Assembly: GCA_964358895.1 (NCBI GenBank)
Contig: CAYHPR010000004.1
Location: 2,752 to 66,751, forward strand
DNA length: 64,000 bases
Reading direction: 5' to 3'
Origin: Candidatus Micrarchaeota archaeon
Lineage (GTDB): Archaea > Micrarchaeota > Micrarchaeia > CABMEP01
Shown here: piece by piece, positions 36,678-45,519 of the stretch
Layout: every line of letters starts with the position of its first letter
Position numbering within the stretch: position 1 is the first letter of the stretch
The notes under the pieces: model-generated
Databases searched by the model: none
Told to the model about the DNA's origin: nothing
The model's input: the letters and a program-made list of their open reading frames with translations, nothing else
Translations under genes and position numbers: made by a program

Positions 36678-38552
36678 CTAAACCGTAAATTTGTATAACA
36701 CTGCGCTGCCATCATTATTTTTCCAGATCGGCTGGATCAGTTTGTCTAAGTCTTCTTTCCATATTGCATCGTCCCTAGGTTTGTAATTCGATGCATCAAT
36801 GAACAGTATATCGACTTTCTTGAAGTACCCTCCTCGCATTGAGGGGTCCAGCCACGTTCGTTGTGGAGTGTAATGCACACCGTTAACCTCGAGAACTCTC
36901 CTAGTTTCAGGAGTGTCAAAAACTGCAAGAGGATCGAATGAGCCTGCCACTTGACCTTTGCTGTCTAGCTCCCACTCGGAGTGTACCCAGTTTATATCGT
37001 AATAGAGATAGCTGATATTGTATTCCTTAATCAGTCGTATCTTCTCCTCCTGGCTGCTGCCGTATAGAATGATTGCCGCTGCGATCTCGCGATCGTCCAA
37101 CGTGGAGAATGGATCAACATGCCCTCTCCTGAACGCGACTGCCTTACGGCCGGAAATTGCATTTATTACAAAACTGATCTCATTGGAGGAAAGAATGACA
37201 TCGTTCACTGAAGTGTTTGCCAGAAGATAGCTCTGCAGCTCGGAATATTGAGGGATAAATGGTGTTCTTCCTACTGCTTTCCATCGGTCATTGTACCATC
37301 CGTCATATCCAAAAACTGCATTGACCAAGACAAACAGAATCATCAGATGTGACAGATAACCAGTAAACCTGCCAAAGCCATTCAGCCACTTGACGTCATT
37401 AACGCCTAACTTCGCTAGCCGAGCCAATGCATGTATTGCAACAAGAATGAAACCTAGTTTGAAGATCAAAAATGACATGTAATTCGGCCCAAAGTATGTG
37501 CCAATCAACGGAGCAGTGATGAAATAATGGAATGTGAGGAATGTTGAAACAATAAATGTTAATAGAACAAACTTTGACTCTGGACTCTCCTCTTTTTTGA
37601 AAAGAAGGAACCAAAGGCCGAGCAACCCTAGGATGCTTATCGCGCCTTCAAGCAACCCTGAAAAGTTGAAAACGTATTGTGTAAGTGTCTCAAACAAAAA
37701 GATAAACTGAAAAGTGAAAGAAGAGAAATCCTGGAAACCCCACTCATTAACCATCGCTTGGGATTTACCTCCGAGCTCAAAAATGGGTTTAAACCACCAT
37801 ATTTGAGCAATCAAAAAACCAATAACAAATGCTACAAAAAAGAAAATTGATGCTTTCTTTATGTTTTCAACCAGTTTCTCCTTGTCAGATAGTGAAGGAA
37901 TCAGAGATGCAATGCTAAACTCTTTCATCAAGTTTTCAAACACGTGTGAAAATACGGAATAAAAAAGGAAGAATAAAACAAATGCCGTGCCAATTATAAT
38001 CCCAGTTGGCTGGAGCAATGTGAGCATGCCGTAAATAACACCTAAAAGAAGTGCTCTCTTCAGCGTCTGCTTTTCATACAACCTGAAAAGAGCTACAAGA
38101 AACAGAGGAATAGCGAAGACGTGGACAAGTTCTGTATACTTAAGAACGGGAAACACTGTGAATGGCAAAAACACGAGAACGCCGATAATTGAGACTTTTG
38201 TGTCTTTAGTAATAAACTTAAAAAGAAAAAATGCAGTTACCAGAGAGATAAGCAGGAAAGGAAAGTTTGAGTAGAAGATCGATTGAATAGGCGTCAGACC
38301 GGTGACGACAGAAAAGGCAGCGACCACTGCCCCATAGATAGGAGAATATGTGGCTGAATGACCAAGGATGTTTGAGCTTTTGAACCAATCGCCAGGCGGA
38401 GAATTAAGAATGTGATAAACAGAACCAAGCTGATAATAATAATCTCCTCCGAAAATTGGCGAAGGAAGCTGCTTAAAATCTTTAATTAAATTGAAAATAA
38501 TCGCTGCATAAACAATAAAGATAACGAATAATGCAATCCAAACTTTGCCCAT
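36678..38552 (-). CDS. Large polytopic membrane protein, possible GT-C-type glycosyltransferase
   Basis: 624 aa. More than 10 predicted TM helices in the N-terminal two-thirds, then a C-terminal soluble domain (about 200 aa). No WWDYG (AglB) motif seen. Placement next to GT2 and surface-protein genes suggests a role in glycan transfer or export. Confidence 0.45.
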   Translation of the reverse strand: MGKVWIALFVIFIVYAAIIFNLIKDFKQLPSPIFGGDYYYQLGSVYHILNSPPGDWFKSSNILGHSATYSPIYGAVVAAFSVVTGLTPIQSIFYSNFPFLLISLVTAFFLFKFITKDTKVSIIGVLVFLPFTVFPVLKYTELVHVFAIPLFLVALFRLYEKQTLKRALLLGVIYGMLTLLQPTGIIIGTAFVLFFLFYSVFSHVFENLMKEFSIASLIPSLSDKEKLVENIKKASIFFFVAFVIGFLIAQIWWFKPIFELGGKSQAMVNEWGFQDFSSFTFQFIFLFETLTQYVFNFSGLLEGAISILGLLGLWFLLFKKEESPESKFVLLTFIVSTFLTFHYFITAPLIGTYFGPNYMSFLIFKLGFILVAIHALARLAKLGVNDVKWLNGFGRFTGYLSHLMILFVLVNAVFGYDGWYNDRWKAVGRTPFIPQYSELQSYLLANTSVNDVILSSNEISFVINAISGRKAVAFRRGHVDPFSTLDDREIAAAIILYGSSQEEKIRLIKEYNISYLYYDINWVHSEWELDSKGQVAGSFDPLAVFDTPETRRVLEVNGVHYTPQRTWLDPSMRGGYFKKVDILFIDASNYKPRDDAIWKEDLDKLIQPIWKNNDGSAVLYKFTV

Positions 38553-38561
38553 ATAGACACC

Positions 38562-38629
38562 TACGGTTTCTATTACTTCCTAGCACTTTATTTACTACGG
38601 TTTCTATTACTTCCTAGCAGTTTATTTAC
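38562..38629. repeat. Tandem direct repeat, 34-bp unit x2 (plus partial third)
   Basis: TACGGTTTCTATTACTTCCTAGCA(C/G)TTTATTTAC is repeated head-to-tail, followed by a partial TCCAGTTTTTTATTTACT. Sits in the promoter region of the minus-strand membrane protein gene and 3' of the AAA ATPase gene. Confidence 0.6.
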
Positions 38630-38692
38630 TCCAGTTTTTTATTTACTATAAATTTACTGGATTATATATTGATATATTGTTTTTGTTGTTTC

Positions 38693-41479
38693 TTATCTTC
38701 TTTCTCCATACTCCTTAACAAATGAGAGGTATTCTTTCAACATCTGAACAGTGACACTTCGTGTCCTATTTTCTGCCACATCAAGAATCGTCTGTGTAGT
38801 TACCTCCGGTTCTGGCTCGCCTGCAATCTTTGCCCTTACGAGCTTGAGTTTCACTTCCTGACATATCGATGAGATATCGGCACCAGTGAATCCTTCCGTC
38901 TCATCTGCAATCTTATCGTATTCAATCTTATCAATTCCTTTTATTCCGTCTAGATTGTGCTTGAACAGTTTTGCACGACCTTCCTTGTTTGGAGGGCCTA
39001 CAAAAATAATTTTATCAAGTCGACCAGGTCTGAGCAATGCCTTATCAATAAGTGATGGCTTATTTGTCGCGCCAACCAGCATTACATTCTTCAAATCTTT
39101 CAATCCGTCCATCTGCTGCAACAGCTCTGAAACAATTTCCTCAGTTATTTTAGATGCATAAGCTTCGCGCGAAGGAGCGATCGATTCCAATTCGTCTATA
39201 AATACAACTGAGGGTGCATTTTCACGTGCACGGTTGAATGTGTCTTTAATCAGTCTGACACCTCCTTCATATCCATGTCTAGACATATCGGAAGGTGAGA
39301 TAGAAATGAATGTCGCTTTCAATTCGTGCGATGCTGCCTTTACAATCAAAGTCTTACCCGTTCCAGGTGGGCCGAATAAAAGAAGACCTTTTGCAGGCCT
39401 TACTTTGTATTCCTTCAACTTCTCCTCGTGAAGCAGCGGTAATTCGATGGCTTCTGTCAAAATCTTTCTTACATCATCAAGACCAATTACATCATTCCAT
39501 GTAATCACTCTTTCCTCTGTTGGCTTGATCTCTTCCTTAACTGCACGCCTCTCGAAATCAATTCTGAACTTTTCATAATCTTCAAGCATTTCATAAGTAA
39601 CAGATGACTTCAGAGTCTTAAGAACTGAAGTGAAGTCTTCCATTTTAAGTGGAATAATTTTACCTTTTTCAACAGCCGCAGGTGCGGCAACACGCGCAGC
39701 TTCGATAACAACATTTGCAATGTCGGCACCTGTGAATCTCTCTGTCATCTTAGCAAGCTTCTTGATGTCAACCGACTTATCAAGTGGCAGCTTTTTGAGA
39801 TAGATGTTGAATATCGCTTCTCTCCCTTTTTCGTCCGGTGGAGGCTGATAAATAATTTTATCGAGTCGACCAGGTCGAAGAAGTGCATGATCAAGAAGAT
39901 TTGGAGTGTTAGTTGCAGCAACCACAATAACCTGCTCTTTTTCTTTCATCCCGTCTATTTCTGTAAGAAGACTACTCAAAATACGCGCAACGACGTCGTC
40001 GCCTCCGGCGTAAAACTCTCTTTTCTTTCCGATGGAATCGATTTCATCAAAAAATAAAATGCACGGACTGTTCTTTCTTGCAATCTTGAACAGTTCCGCT
40101 ATATTCTTTTCTGATTTTCCAAATTCACTGTCTAAAATATCGCTGCATTTCACATAGTAGAATGGCATGCGCAGCTCTTTGGCCATTGCAGACATGATCA
40201 ATGTCTTTCCAGTTCCTGGAGGGCCGAACAATAGTATTCCTTTTGGAGGACGCACACCGTATACGAGTGTCAATTCACGATGCCTCAACGGCATTAAGAT
40301 AGATTCCTGAATTTCTTTCTTTGTACTGTCGTAATTGCCGATCTCGGACATTGAAGCAGGTCCTGTCTGAGAAACTGATAGATCGACAAGTCCAGGGATT
40401 CCAAACATTCCTCTCTTTGTTTCTGCAACAATTTCTTCTTCACGCGTTATTTTGACACCGAATCGATCAAGCAAAAACATAACGCTGATCGTTACAAAGA
40501 CAGGTACAACAACCTCGAAATTTGGATCTACGCCGGAAAACTCTGCTGAAATAAAATGAATTGGGATTAGAAGTATGAGTACAAGTGATGGAACAAATTG
40601 GGAGTATTTACCATGGAAAAATAATGGTAAATAAGCAATTCCGTAGAATACAAGTGACCAAAGAATAATTTGGATAAGTCCGACATCAGCAAAAAATAGA
40701 TTCAGGATACCTTCAGATACTATTGAGATACTTAGATTAACATCTGCAAAAACCTCGAATGAAAATAAGTTTGCCACGGCTTCACCTATCCCTCCAAGGA
40801 GATCAACAATATCTGGCGCAGCATTCTGTGGCTTTAGTAATGAACTTGAAGAAAAGATATGAGTACCTACTGTCAGGAAGGATGCATTATGCGACTGCCA
40901 GATTACTGACAGCAGCAGAATCAAGAATACAGCTACGGGAATCAGAAATAATGTCTTTTTTGATCCCAGATGCAGTGCTGAAAATGTTAGGATCGGAATT
41001 ACAGCTGGACCCAACAACAGATTGAATGGAATTGGCTCGGAAGGTGCGAATGGAGCACTCACAAGTGCCATCACAGCTGCGATCAGATACCAATTCTCGA
41101 ATACCTTAAACAGCATAAATCCGATAGCAACAAGAAACAGCCATGCCAATGCCGGAGTCTGATAGGATACTGCAGGAAGAATCAGAACGAATGAAAGGAT
41201 AGTTCCGAATATTGGATTGTGATAGGAAACGACAAAAACAATAATCAACAGCAATGGCAAAAGTAAAGAATAAAATTCAAAGAAAAGGACGAATGACAAA
41301 AATCCAAGTGAAATAAGAACAGCATTCCAAAGCTGAGACATCTGAAGGAGAGTCAATACGAATGCGCGTAACTGAGCAAAACGAAACTGATTGCTTGTTC
41401 CTTTCTCATTATCGGCATCTGCCTTCTCGGCAGTCATAGTAGTATCGTCTTTCCCTGGGGCCATAAAATTAATGAACAA
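38693..41479 (-). CDS. Membrane-embedded tandem AAA+ (Cdc48/VCP-like D1-D2) ATPase with about 360-aa N-terminal polytopic membrane domain
   Basis: N-terminal about 8-10 TM helices. Two complete AAA modules follow, each with Walker A GPPGTGKT, Walker B (ILFFDEIDS / VVFIDELES) and a second region of homology (ALLRPGRLDK). No protease domain. Confidence 0.8.
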   Translation of the reverse strand: MFINFMAPGKDDTTMTAEKADADNEKGTSNQFRFAQLRAFVLTLLQMSQLWNAVLISLGFLSFVLFFEFYSLLLPLLLIIVFVVSYHNPIFGTILSFVLILPAVSYQTPALAWLFLVAIGFMLFKVFENWYLIAAVMALVSAPFAPSEPIPFNLLLGPAVIPILTFSALHLGSKKTLFLIPVAVFLILLLSVIWQSHNASFLTVGTHIFSSSSLLKPQNAAPDIVDLLGGIGEAVANLFSFEVFADVNLSISIVSEGILNLFFADVGLIQIILWSLVFYGIAYLPLFFHGKYSQFVPSLVLILLIPIHFISAEFSGVDPNFEVVVPVFVTISVMFLLDRFGVKITREEEIVAETKRGMFGIPGLVDLSVSQTGPASMSEIGNYDSTKKEIQESILMPLRHRELTLVYGVRPPKGILLFGPPGTGKTLIMSAMAKELRMPFYYVKCSDILDSEFGKSEKNIAELFKIARKNSPCILFFDEIDSIGKKREFYAGGDDVVARILSSLLTEIDGMKEKEQVIVVAATNTPNLLDHALLRPGRLDKIIYQPPPDEKGREAIFNIYLKKLPLDKSVDIKKLAKMTERFTGADIANVVIEAARVAAPAAVEKGKIIPLKMEDFTSVLKTLKSSVTYEMLEDYEKFRIDFERRAVKEEIKPTEERVITWNDVIGLDDVRKILTEAIELPLLHEEKLKEYKVRPAKGLLLFGPPGTGKTLIVKAASHELKATFISISPSDMSRHGYEGGVRLIKDTFNRARENAPSVVFIDELESIAPSREAYASKITEEIVSELLQQMDGLKDLKNVMLVGATNKPSLIDKALLRPGRLDKIIFVGPPNKEGRAKLFKHNLDGIKGIDKIEYDKIADETEGFTGADISSICQEVKLKLVRAKIAGEPEPEVTTQTILDVAENRTRSVTVQMLKEYLSFVKEYGERR

Positions 41480-41499
41480 TTGTATTTTTTAAGCTGTTC

Positions 41500-42102
41500 T
41501 TATGCGCGAATAGACTTACGTGTGCGCATCGCATTTATGTGCCATGAACTGCCTTCAAGCTTGTAGGAAATACTAAGGATAGGCGTCTCTTTTTCGTGTT
41601 CGTTTAACCATCTTATAAAGATCTCGAGTTCTGTTTCATTAACTTTATCAAAAGGAATTAGGATATCAAAATAATCGAAGTGCCCTTTCAAAAAAGATTC
41701 TAGCCAAAGAACGTCTGACGCATGAACTCCACTAGTTTTAAAGTAGTTCAAAACACTTGATAGATCTTCCTGATAATCGTAGCTATAATCCGGTTTTGCA
41801 TCTGGTTTTGAATTTGATTTTGATTTTTTGTCAGGCGTTGATTCTGCTGTTTTTCTTTCCCTATCCCAGTTGTACGGGCTATTTTTCTGTTCCTTTTTAT
41901 TTTTTTCTTGACTATTTTCTTTCTTTTCATTTTGGTTACCGTTCTGCTTATTTTTTTCTTTTTGTTTTTGTTTAGTTGGAGTTGTAGCAAAAATATTTTC
42001 TACAAAAGGTTTAGATACAAAAAAAGAGAGAGTTGAAACAGCCAGGACGAATGTGATTCCTATCCTTGTAAGATTTTTAACGAGTCTTTGTGAGTTTGCC
42101 AT
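41500..42102 (-). CDS. Hypothetical secreted/membrane-anchored protein with K/E/Q-rich low-complexity linker
   Basis: N-terminal TM (ITFVLAVSTLSFFV). Low-complexity KQKEKNKQNGNQNEKKENSQEKNKKEQK. C-terminal about 90-aa domain weakly similar to the C-terminus of the neighbouring 42165..42668 product. Confidence 0.4.
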   Translation of the reverse strand: MANSQRLVKNLTRIGITFVLAVSTLSFFVSKPFVENIFATTPTKQKQKEKNKQNGNQNEKKENSQEKNKKEQKNSPYNWDRERKTAESTPDKKSKSNSKPDAKPDYSYDYQEDLSSVLNYFKTSGVHASDVLWLESFLKGHFDYFDILIPFDKVNETELEIFIRWLNEHEKETPILSISYKLEGSSWHINAMRTRKSIRA

Positions 42103-42164
42103 CAGATCCTGACGTATTTAGATAATAAATATTTAACTATAACAAAAAATAACTATACGGACTA

Positions 42165-42668
42165 TCAGACTTCTCTCCAAAAAGAGAGATACCACCACCC
42201 GTCTTCGTCATCATAACCGAAAGATCTGACGTTGGTAAATGTTGATTGCACTTTTTTAGCTAATGATTCAATCGCACCGTCTAAAACAGGACCTGGAACT
42301 ATGATATCGACTCCTGAAGAGTTATCCTCTAAAAATAGTTCTAAGTCTTTGGTGTCCTGGTCGCTTACATTAAGTTCTTTGCAGAACTTTAGGATATCCT
42401 TTATCAGTTGCTCATTGACTGCCAAAATTCCTTTGAATTTTTCTTTGTGATTTTCTTTTTGTTTTCCTTTGAAATTTCCTATGAAATGTCTGTTTACTTT
42501 GACAAGAACTTCAGAAACTTGTCGGTTATTTGTGAATATTTTTTCTGCTAGAACCGAATTGCGGTTAGATGCAAAAAATAAAAAAGAAGAAAGAGCAAAA
42601 ACTACTGTTTTATTGGAGCTTGATTTTAAGTTTGATTTGATTGATTTCTTGAACAATTGATTAATCAT
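42165..42668 (-). CDS. Hypothetical secreted protein, paralog-like of 41500..42102
   Basis: N-terminal hydrophobic segment (VVFALSSFLFFAS). C-terminal domain with DLELFLED...VDIIVPGP resembling LWLESFLKGHFDYFDILIPFD of the neighbour. Confidence 0.4.
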   Translation of the reverse strand: MINQLFKKSIKSNLKSSSNKTVVFALSSFLFFASNRNSVLAEKIFTNNRQVSEVLVKVNRHFIGNFKGKQKENHKEKFKGILAVNEQLIKDILKFCKELNVSDQDTKDLELFLEDNSSGVDIIVPGPVLDGAIESLAKKVQSTFTNVRSFGYDDEDGWWYLSFWREV

Positions 42669-42847
42669 ATCCAGATATCCACAGTTAGGATATTTAATCC
42701 GTATTACGCTTGCCTAATGGTTGCATATGCTTGCCGAATCTTAACTCACTCTTGCTTCCGTCAAATTCTAACGGTAATGAAAGCTGTTCAACAGGTTTTC
42801 CAAAAACTGGTTTTGCATTATTTTCGATCTGAGCTGTTTCCATGTTG

Positions 42848-43057
42848 TCACCCCAAAAGCTCTGCAGCAATATGAATGTCGCGAGCCTTGATTCTTTTTC
42901 CGCGTCTTCGCAACGCTAACCGATATGCATAATGAATGACTCTATGCCCATGGTCTTCTAGCTTTTCAGCTAGCTCGATAGGTGCTTCTTCATCAACACG
43001 CTCTGCACCTGCCCTTCGGATTAATCGTTCTGAAACATAGACCAATTTATCTGGCAA
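42848..43057 (-). CDS. Archaeal histone (HMf-like histone fold)
   Basis: (TTG start)PDKLVYVSERLIRRAGAERVDEEAPIELAEKLEDHGHRVIHYAYRLALRRRGKRIKARDIHIAAELLG aligns with HMfA/B (PIAPIGRIIKNAGAERVSDDA...AKHAGRKTIKAEDIELA). 69 aa. TATA-like GCTATAAAAAC lies about 60 nt upstream on the coding strand. Confidence 0.7.
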   Translation of the reverse strand: MPDKLVYVSERLIRRAGAERVDEEAPIELAEKLEDHGHRVIHYAYRLALRRRGKRIKARDIHIAAELLG

Positions 43058-43285
43058 CTACTCACCACACAACACACACGCTGCGCACACACAATCTGAG
43101 AAAGGCGAAGCTATGTTTTTATAGCTTTTTACTTTCGTCGTTAAGTTTTGTATTAGATTTCTTTTAAAAAACGGAAAAAAATGCTCAAAAACCCTAATAG
43201 ATCTATTTATGGCCTATTAATCGAAAAATTTATACCTAAAATAGCCTTTTTGATTTGTTTGTCAATTTTAAACTAATCTAACAGC

Positions 43286-44458
43286 TTATGCAGGGCTATT
43301 TGAGATACTTTTAAGAAGAGAAATTTCGGTTTCTTCGAGCTGATAAACCTCCGGATTTTTCAGAATTATCGGAGCAAAAAAGCCAATATTCTGTCTGACG
43401 TAATATCCAGATGCATGAATCTTTTTACCGACCTTTAGCGAAACTGATTTCAGTATTGCTCTCTTGATCATTGAACGAGAAAGAGTGATTAGCATCGAAG
43501 GGAACCTGTATTTTGTGAATTTTTTATATGCCTTTTCTTTAGCAAGTGCAACACCTGCTGTCGCAAGATCAGATGAATACTTTCGCAGTCCCCAGCTCTG
43601 TCTTCTTCTTATCCTTCCTTCAAATATATCAGCTCTTGAAAGTGCTTCGTAAGCTAAATGGATGTCTTTAACATTCTCATATTCATTGCAGATATTCTCT
43701 TCGATCCACAGCATCATCATTTCAGGATCAACATCAACATTCCACATAGAACTTCTTGCAGAACCAAATGAATCTGCTTTGAACATTATTCCAAGTGCTT
43801 TGAAAATATTCATATCTCTTTCGCGATAGGTTGGCATCATATTTTGCAAATCAATCATAGATGCACGGACGTCCCCTCTAGATTTTTCTACAATCTCTGC
43901 GATATCTTCCTCTTTTGCAGCAATTCCTTCTGCAGCTGCTATTTTTTTCAAATGCTCAACCAACGTTCGGTTATTTACTGACTTCATTTCTAAGAAAACT
44001 GTGACAGTCCTGAGAGGACTGATCTTTTTTCCGAATGGATCATTTGCAATAAGAATCATTGGCTGCTGCGCCTTTTCGATAACTGATTCGATCGTTCCGA
44101 TTGCACCTCTGTCTGAAGTATTAATCCCATCGACTTCGTCAAGAATAATCAGTCTCCGCCTGCCAGTCAGTGTTGATTCTGTAGATGCTGAATCGATAAC
44201 TGATTCCAATGCACCTTTATTCCTTAGGTCACTTGCATTTGTTTCCAGAACTTCCCAATCCATGTCGTTAGCAACTGCATGAGCAAGCGAAGTTTTGCCG
44301 CAGCCCGGCGAACCGTAAATAAGTAATGGGACCTGTCTCTTACCGACATTCCATCCTGCAGCCCATTCTTTAACCTTGCCAACAACTTCTGAATTTCCGA
44401 TTATGTCTGCCACTTTCTTTGGCCTGTACTTTTCTTCCCACATAAAAAAAATTATCAA
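43286..44458 (-). CDS. rfcL: Replication factor C large subunit
   Basis: WEEKYRPKKVADIIGN...PLLIYGSPGCGKTSLAHAVANDMDWEVLETNASDLR (RFC box II-III/Walker A), and Walker B LIILDEVDG. The 390 aa length and extended C-terminus fit RfcL rather than RfcS. Confidence 0.7.
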   Translation of the reverse strand: MIIFFMWEEKYRPKKVADIIGNSEVVGKVKEWAAGWNVGKRQVPLLIYGSPGCGKTSLAHAVANDMDWEVLETNASDLRNKGALESVIDSASTESTLTGRRRLIILDEVDGINTSDRGAIGTIESVIEKAQQPMILIANDPFGKKISPLRTVTVFLEMKSVNNRTLVEHLKKIAAAEGIAAKEEDIAEIVEKSRGDVRASMIDLQNMMPTYRERDMNIFKALGIMFKADSFGSARSSMWNVDVDPEMMMLWIEENICNEYENVKDIHLAYEALSRADIFEGRIRRRQSWGLRKYSSDLATAGVALAKEKAYKKFTKYRFPSMLITLSRSMIKRAILKSVSLKVGKKIHASGYYVRQNIGFFAPIILKNPEVYQLEETEISLLKSISNSPA

Positions 44459-44632
44459 ACAGAATTTAAATTGGTTTAGAATTAAGAAAAATAAGATTTA
44501 TTTAGATTAGACCAAAAGATATATATACGTCTTATGTACTATTAGTTTTGTGGTGTCAACTGCAGAAGTTGAGAAATCAACTAATGCTGTGAAGACAGTT
44601 AATAATTAATTTGTTTTTTATAAGGATATGAT

Positions 44633-45490
44633 TTGATGATGCAAAAATTTAGAAAAAAAAGTAAATTCGAGCTTCCAATCCAGCAATTCAGATCCGAACG
44701 TTTACTTACTAGTGTTCTTGAAGCACCTACACGTGGTTCGTCTTCATTACAAAATGAAAAACCAACTATATCAATTGTAGTGCCAGCACTCAATGAAGAA
44801 AAAAACATTGAAGGAGCCATACTTAAAGCAATTAGACTGTGTCAAGGAAGAGTTAGTGCATATGAAATAATAGCAATTAATGATGGCAGTACAGACAAAA
44901 CTGGACAGATAATTAGTGGAATGGCAAAGGAAAACCGTAACATTATTGAATTACATCACAGTAAGCCGTGGGGCTTTGGTGGAACTTATAACGACGGACT
45001 AAATAAAGCAAAATATGAATACTTTTCATTAATACCAGGAGACAATGAAGAGATAGAAGCTCAGCAAGACTATCTGTATAGTCACCTTGGAAAAGCAGAA
45101 TTGATTATATCTTATACAACGAACATGGAGGTAAGGCCTCGGGATAGGGAGCTTATATCAAAGGCATTTACATTATACAATAATTTGGTTTATGGGCTTG
45201 ATTTACAGTATTATAATGGCTCAAACATTATCAAGACAAAACTTCTAAAGAATCTGAAGATGCATACGTATGGATTTGCATACAGCGCTTCAAACGTAGT
45301 CCGACTTGTCAAATCGGGACACTCGTTTATAGAGGTTGGTGTCAAAATTAAAGCTCCAACGAATTCAACAAAAGCATACAAAGCCGGAAACATAATTAGC
45401 GTTGCAAAAGAAGTTGTAAGACTTTTCTGTGAAGTAAATCTGTTAGATAGTCAGTTATATAACAAACCTATAAATCGTATTGATAAGTAG
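44633..45490 (+). CDS. Family 2 glycosyltransferase, paralog of 35904..36650
   Basis: ISIVVPALNEEKNIEGAILKAIRLCQGRVSAYEIIAINDGSTDKTGQII...LIPGDNEE. About 55% identical to the other GT2 over the conserved core, with a longer N-terminal extension. Confidence 0.75.
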   Translation: MMMQKFRKKSKFELPIQQFRSERLLTSVLEAPTRGSSSLQNEKPTISIVVPALNEEKNIEGAILKAIRLCQGRVSAYEIIAINDGSTDKTGQIISGMAKENRNIIELHHSKPWGFGGTYNDGLNKAKYEYFSLIPGDNEEIEAQQDYLYSHLGKAELIISYTTNMEVRPRDRELISKAFTLYNNLVYGLDLQYYNGSNIIKTKLLKNLKMHTYGFAYSASNVVRLVKSGHSFIEVGVKIKAPTNSTKAYKAGNIISVAKEVVRLFCEVNLLDSQLYNKPINRIDK

Positions 45491-45519
45491 AATAATAAAA
45501 AATAAAAGAAACAACAAAA

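Noticed and set aside
38562-38629. Possible CRISPR array
   Set aside because: Only about 2.3 contiguous copies of a 34-bp unit with no intervening unique spacers, and no cas genes anywhere in the window. This is a simple tandem duplication.
42657-42875. ORF 42657..42875(+) and 42982..43167(+) near the histone gene
   Set aside because: They overlap the histone gene or its promoter on the opposite strand, lack homology, and have odd composition. The histone-fold ORF on the minus strand explains the region.
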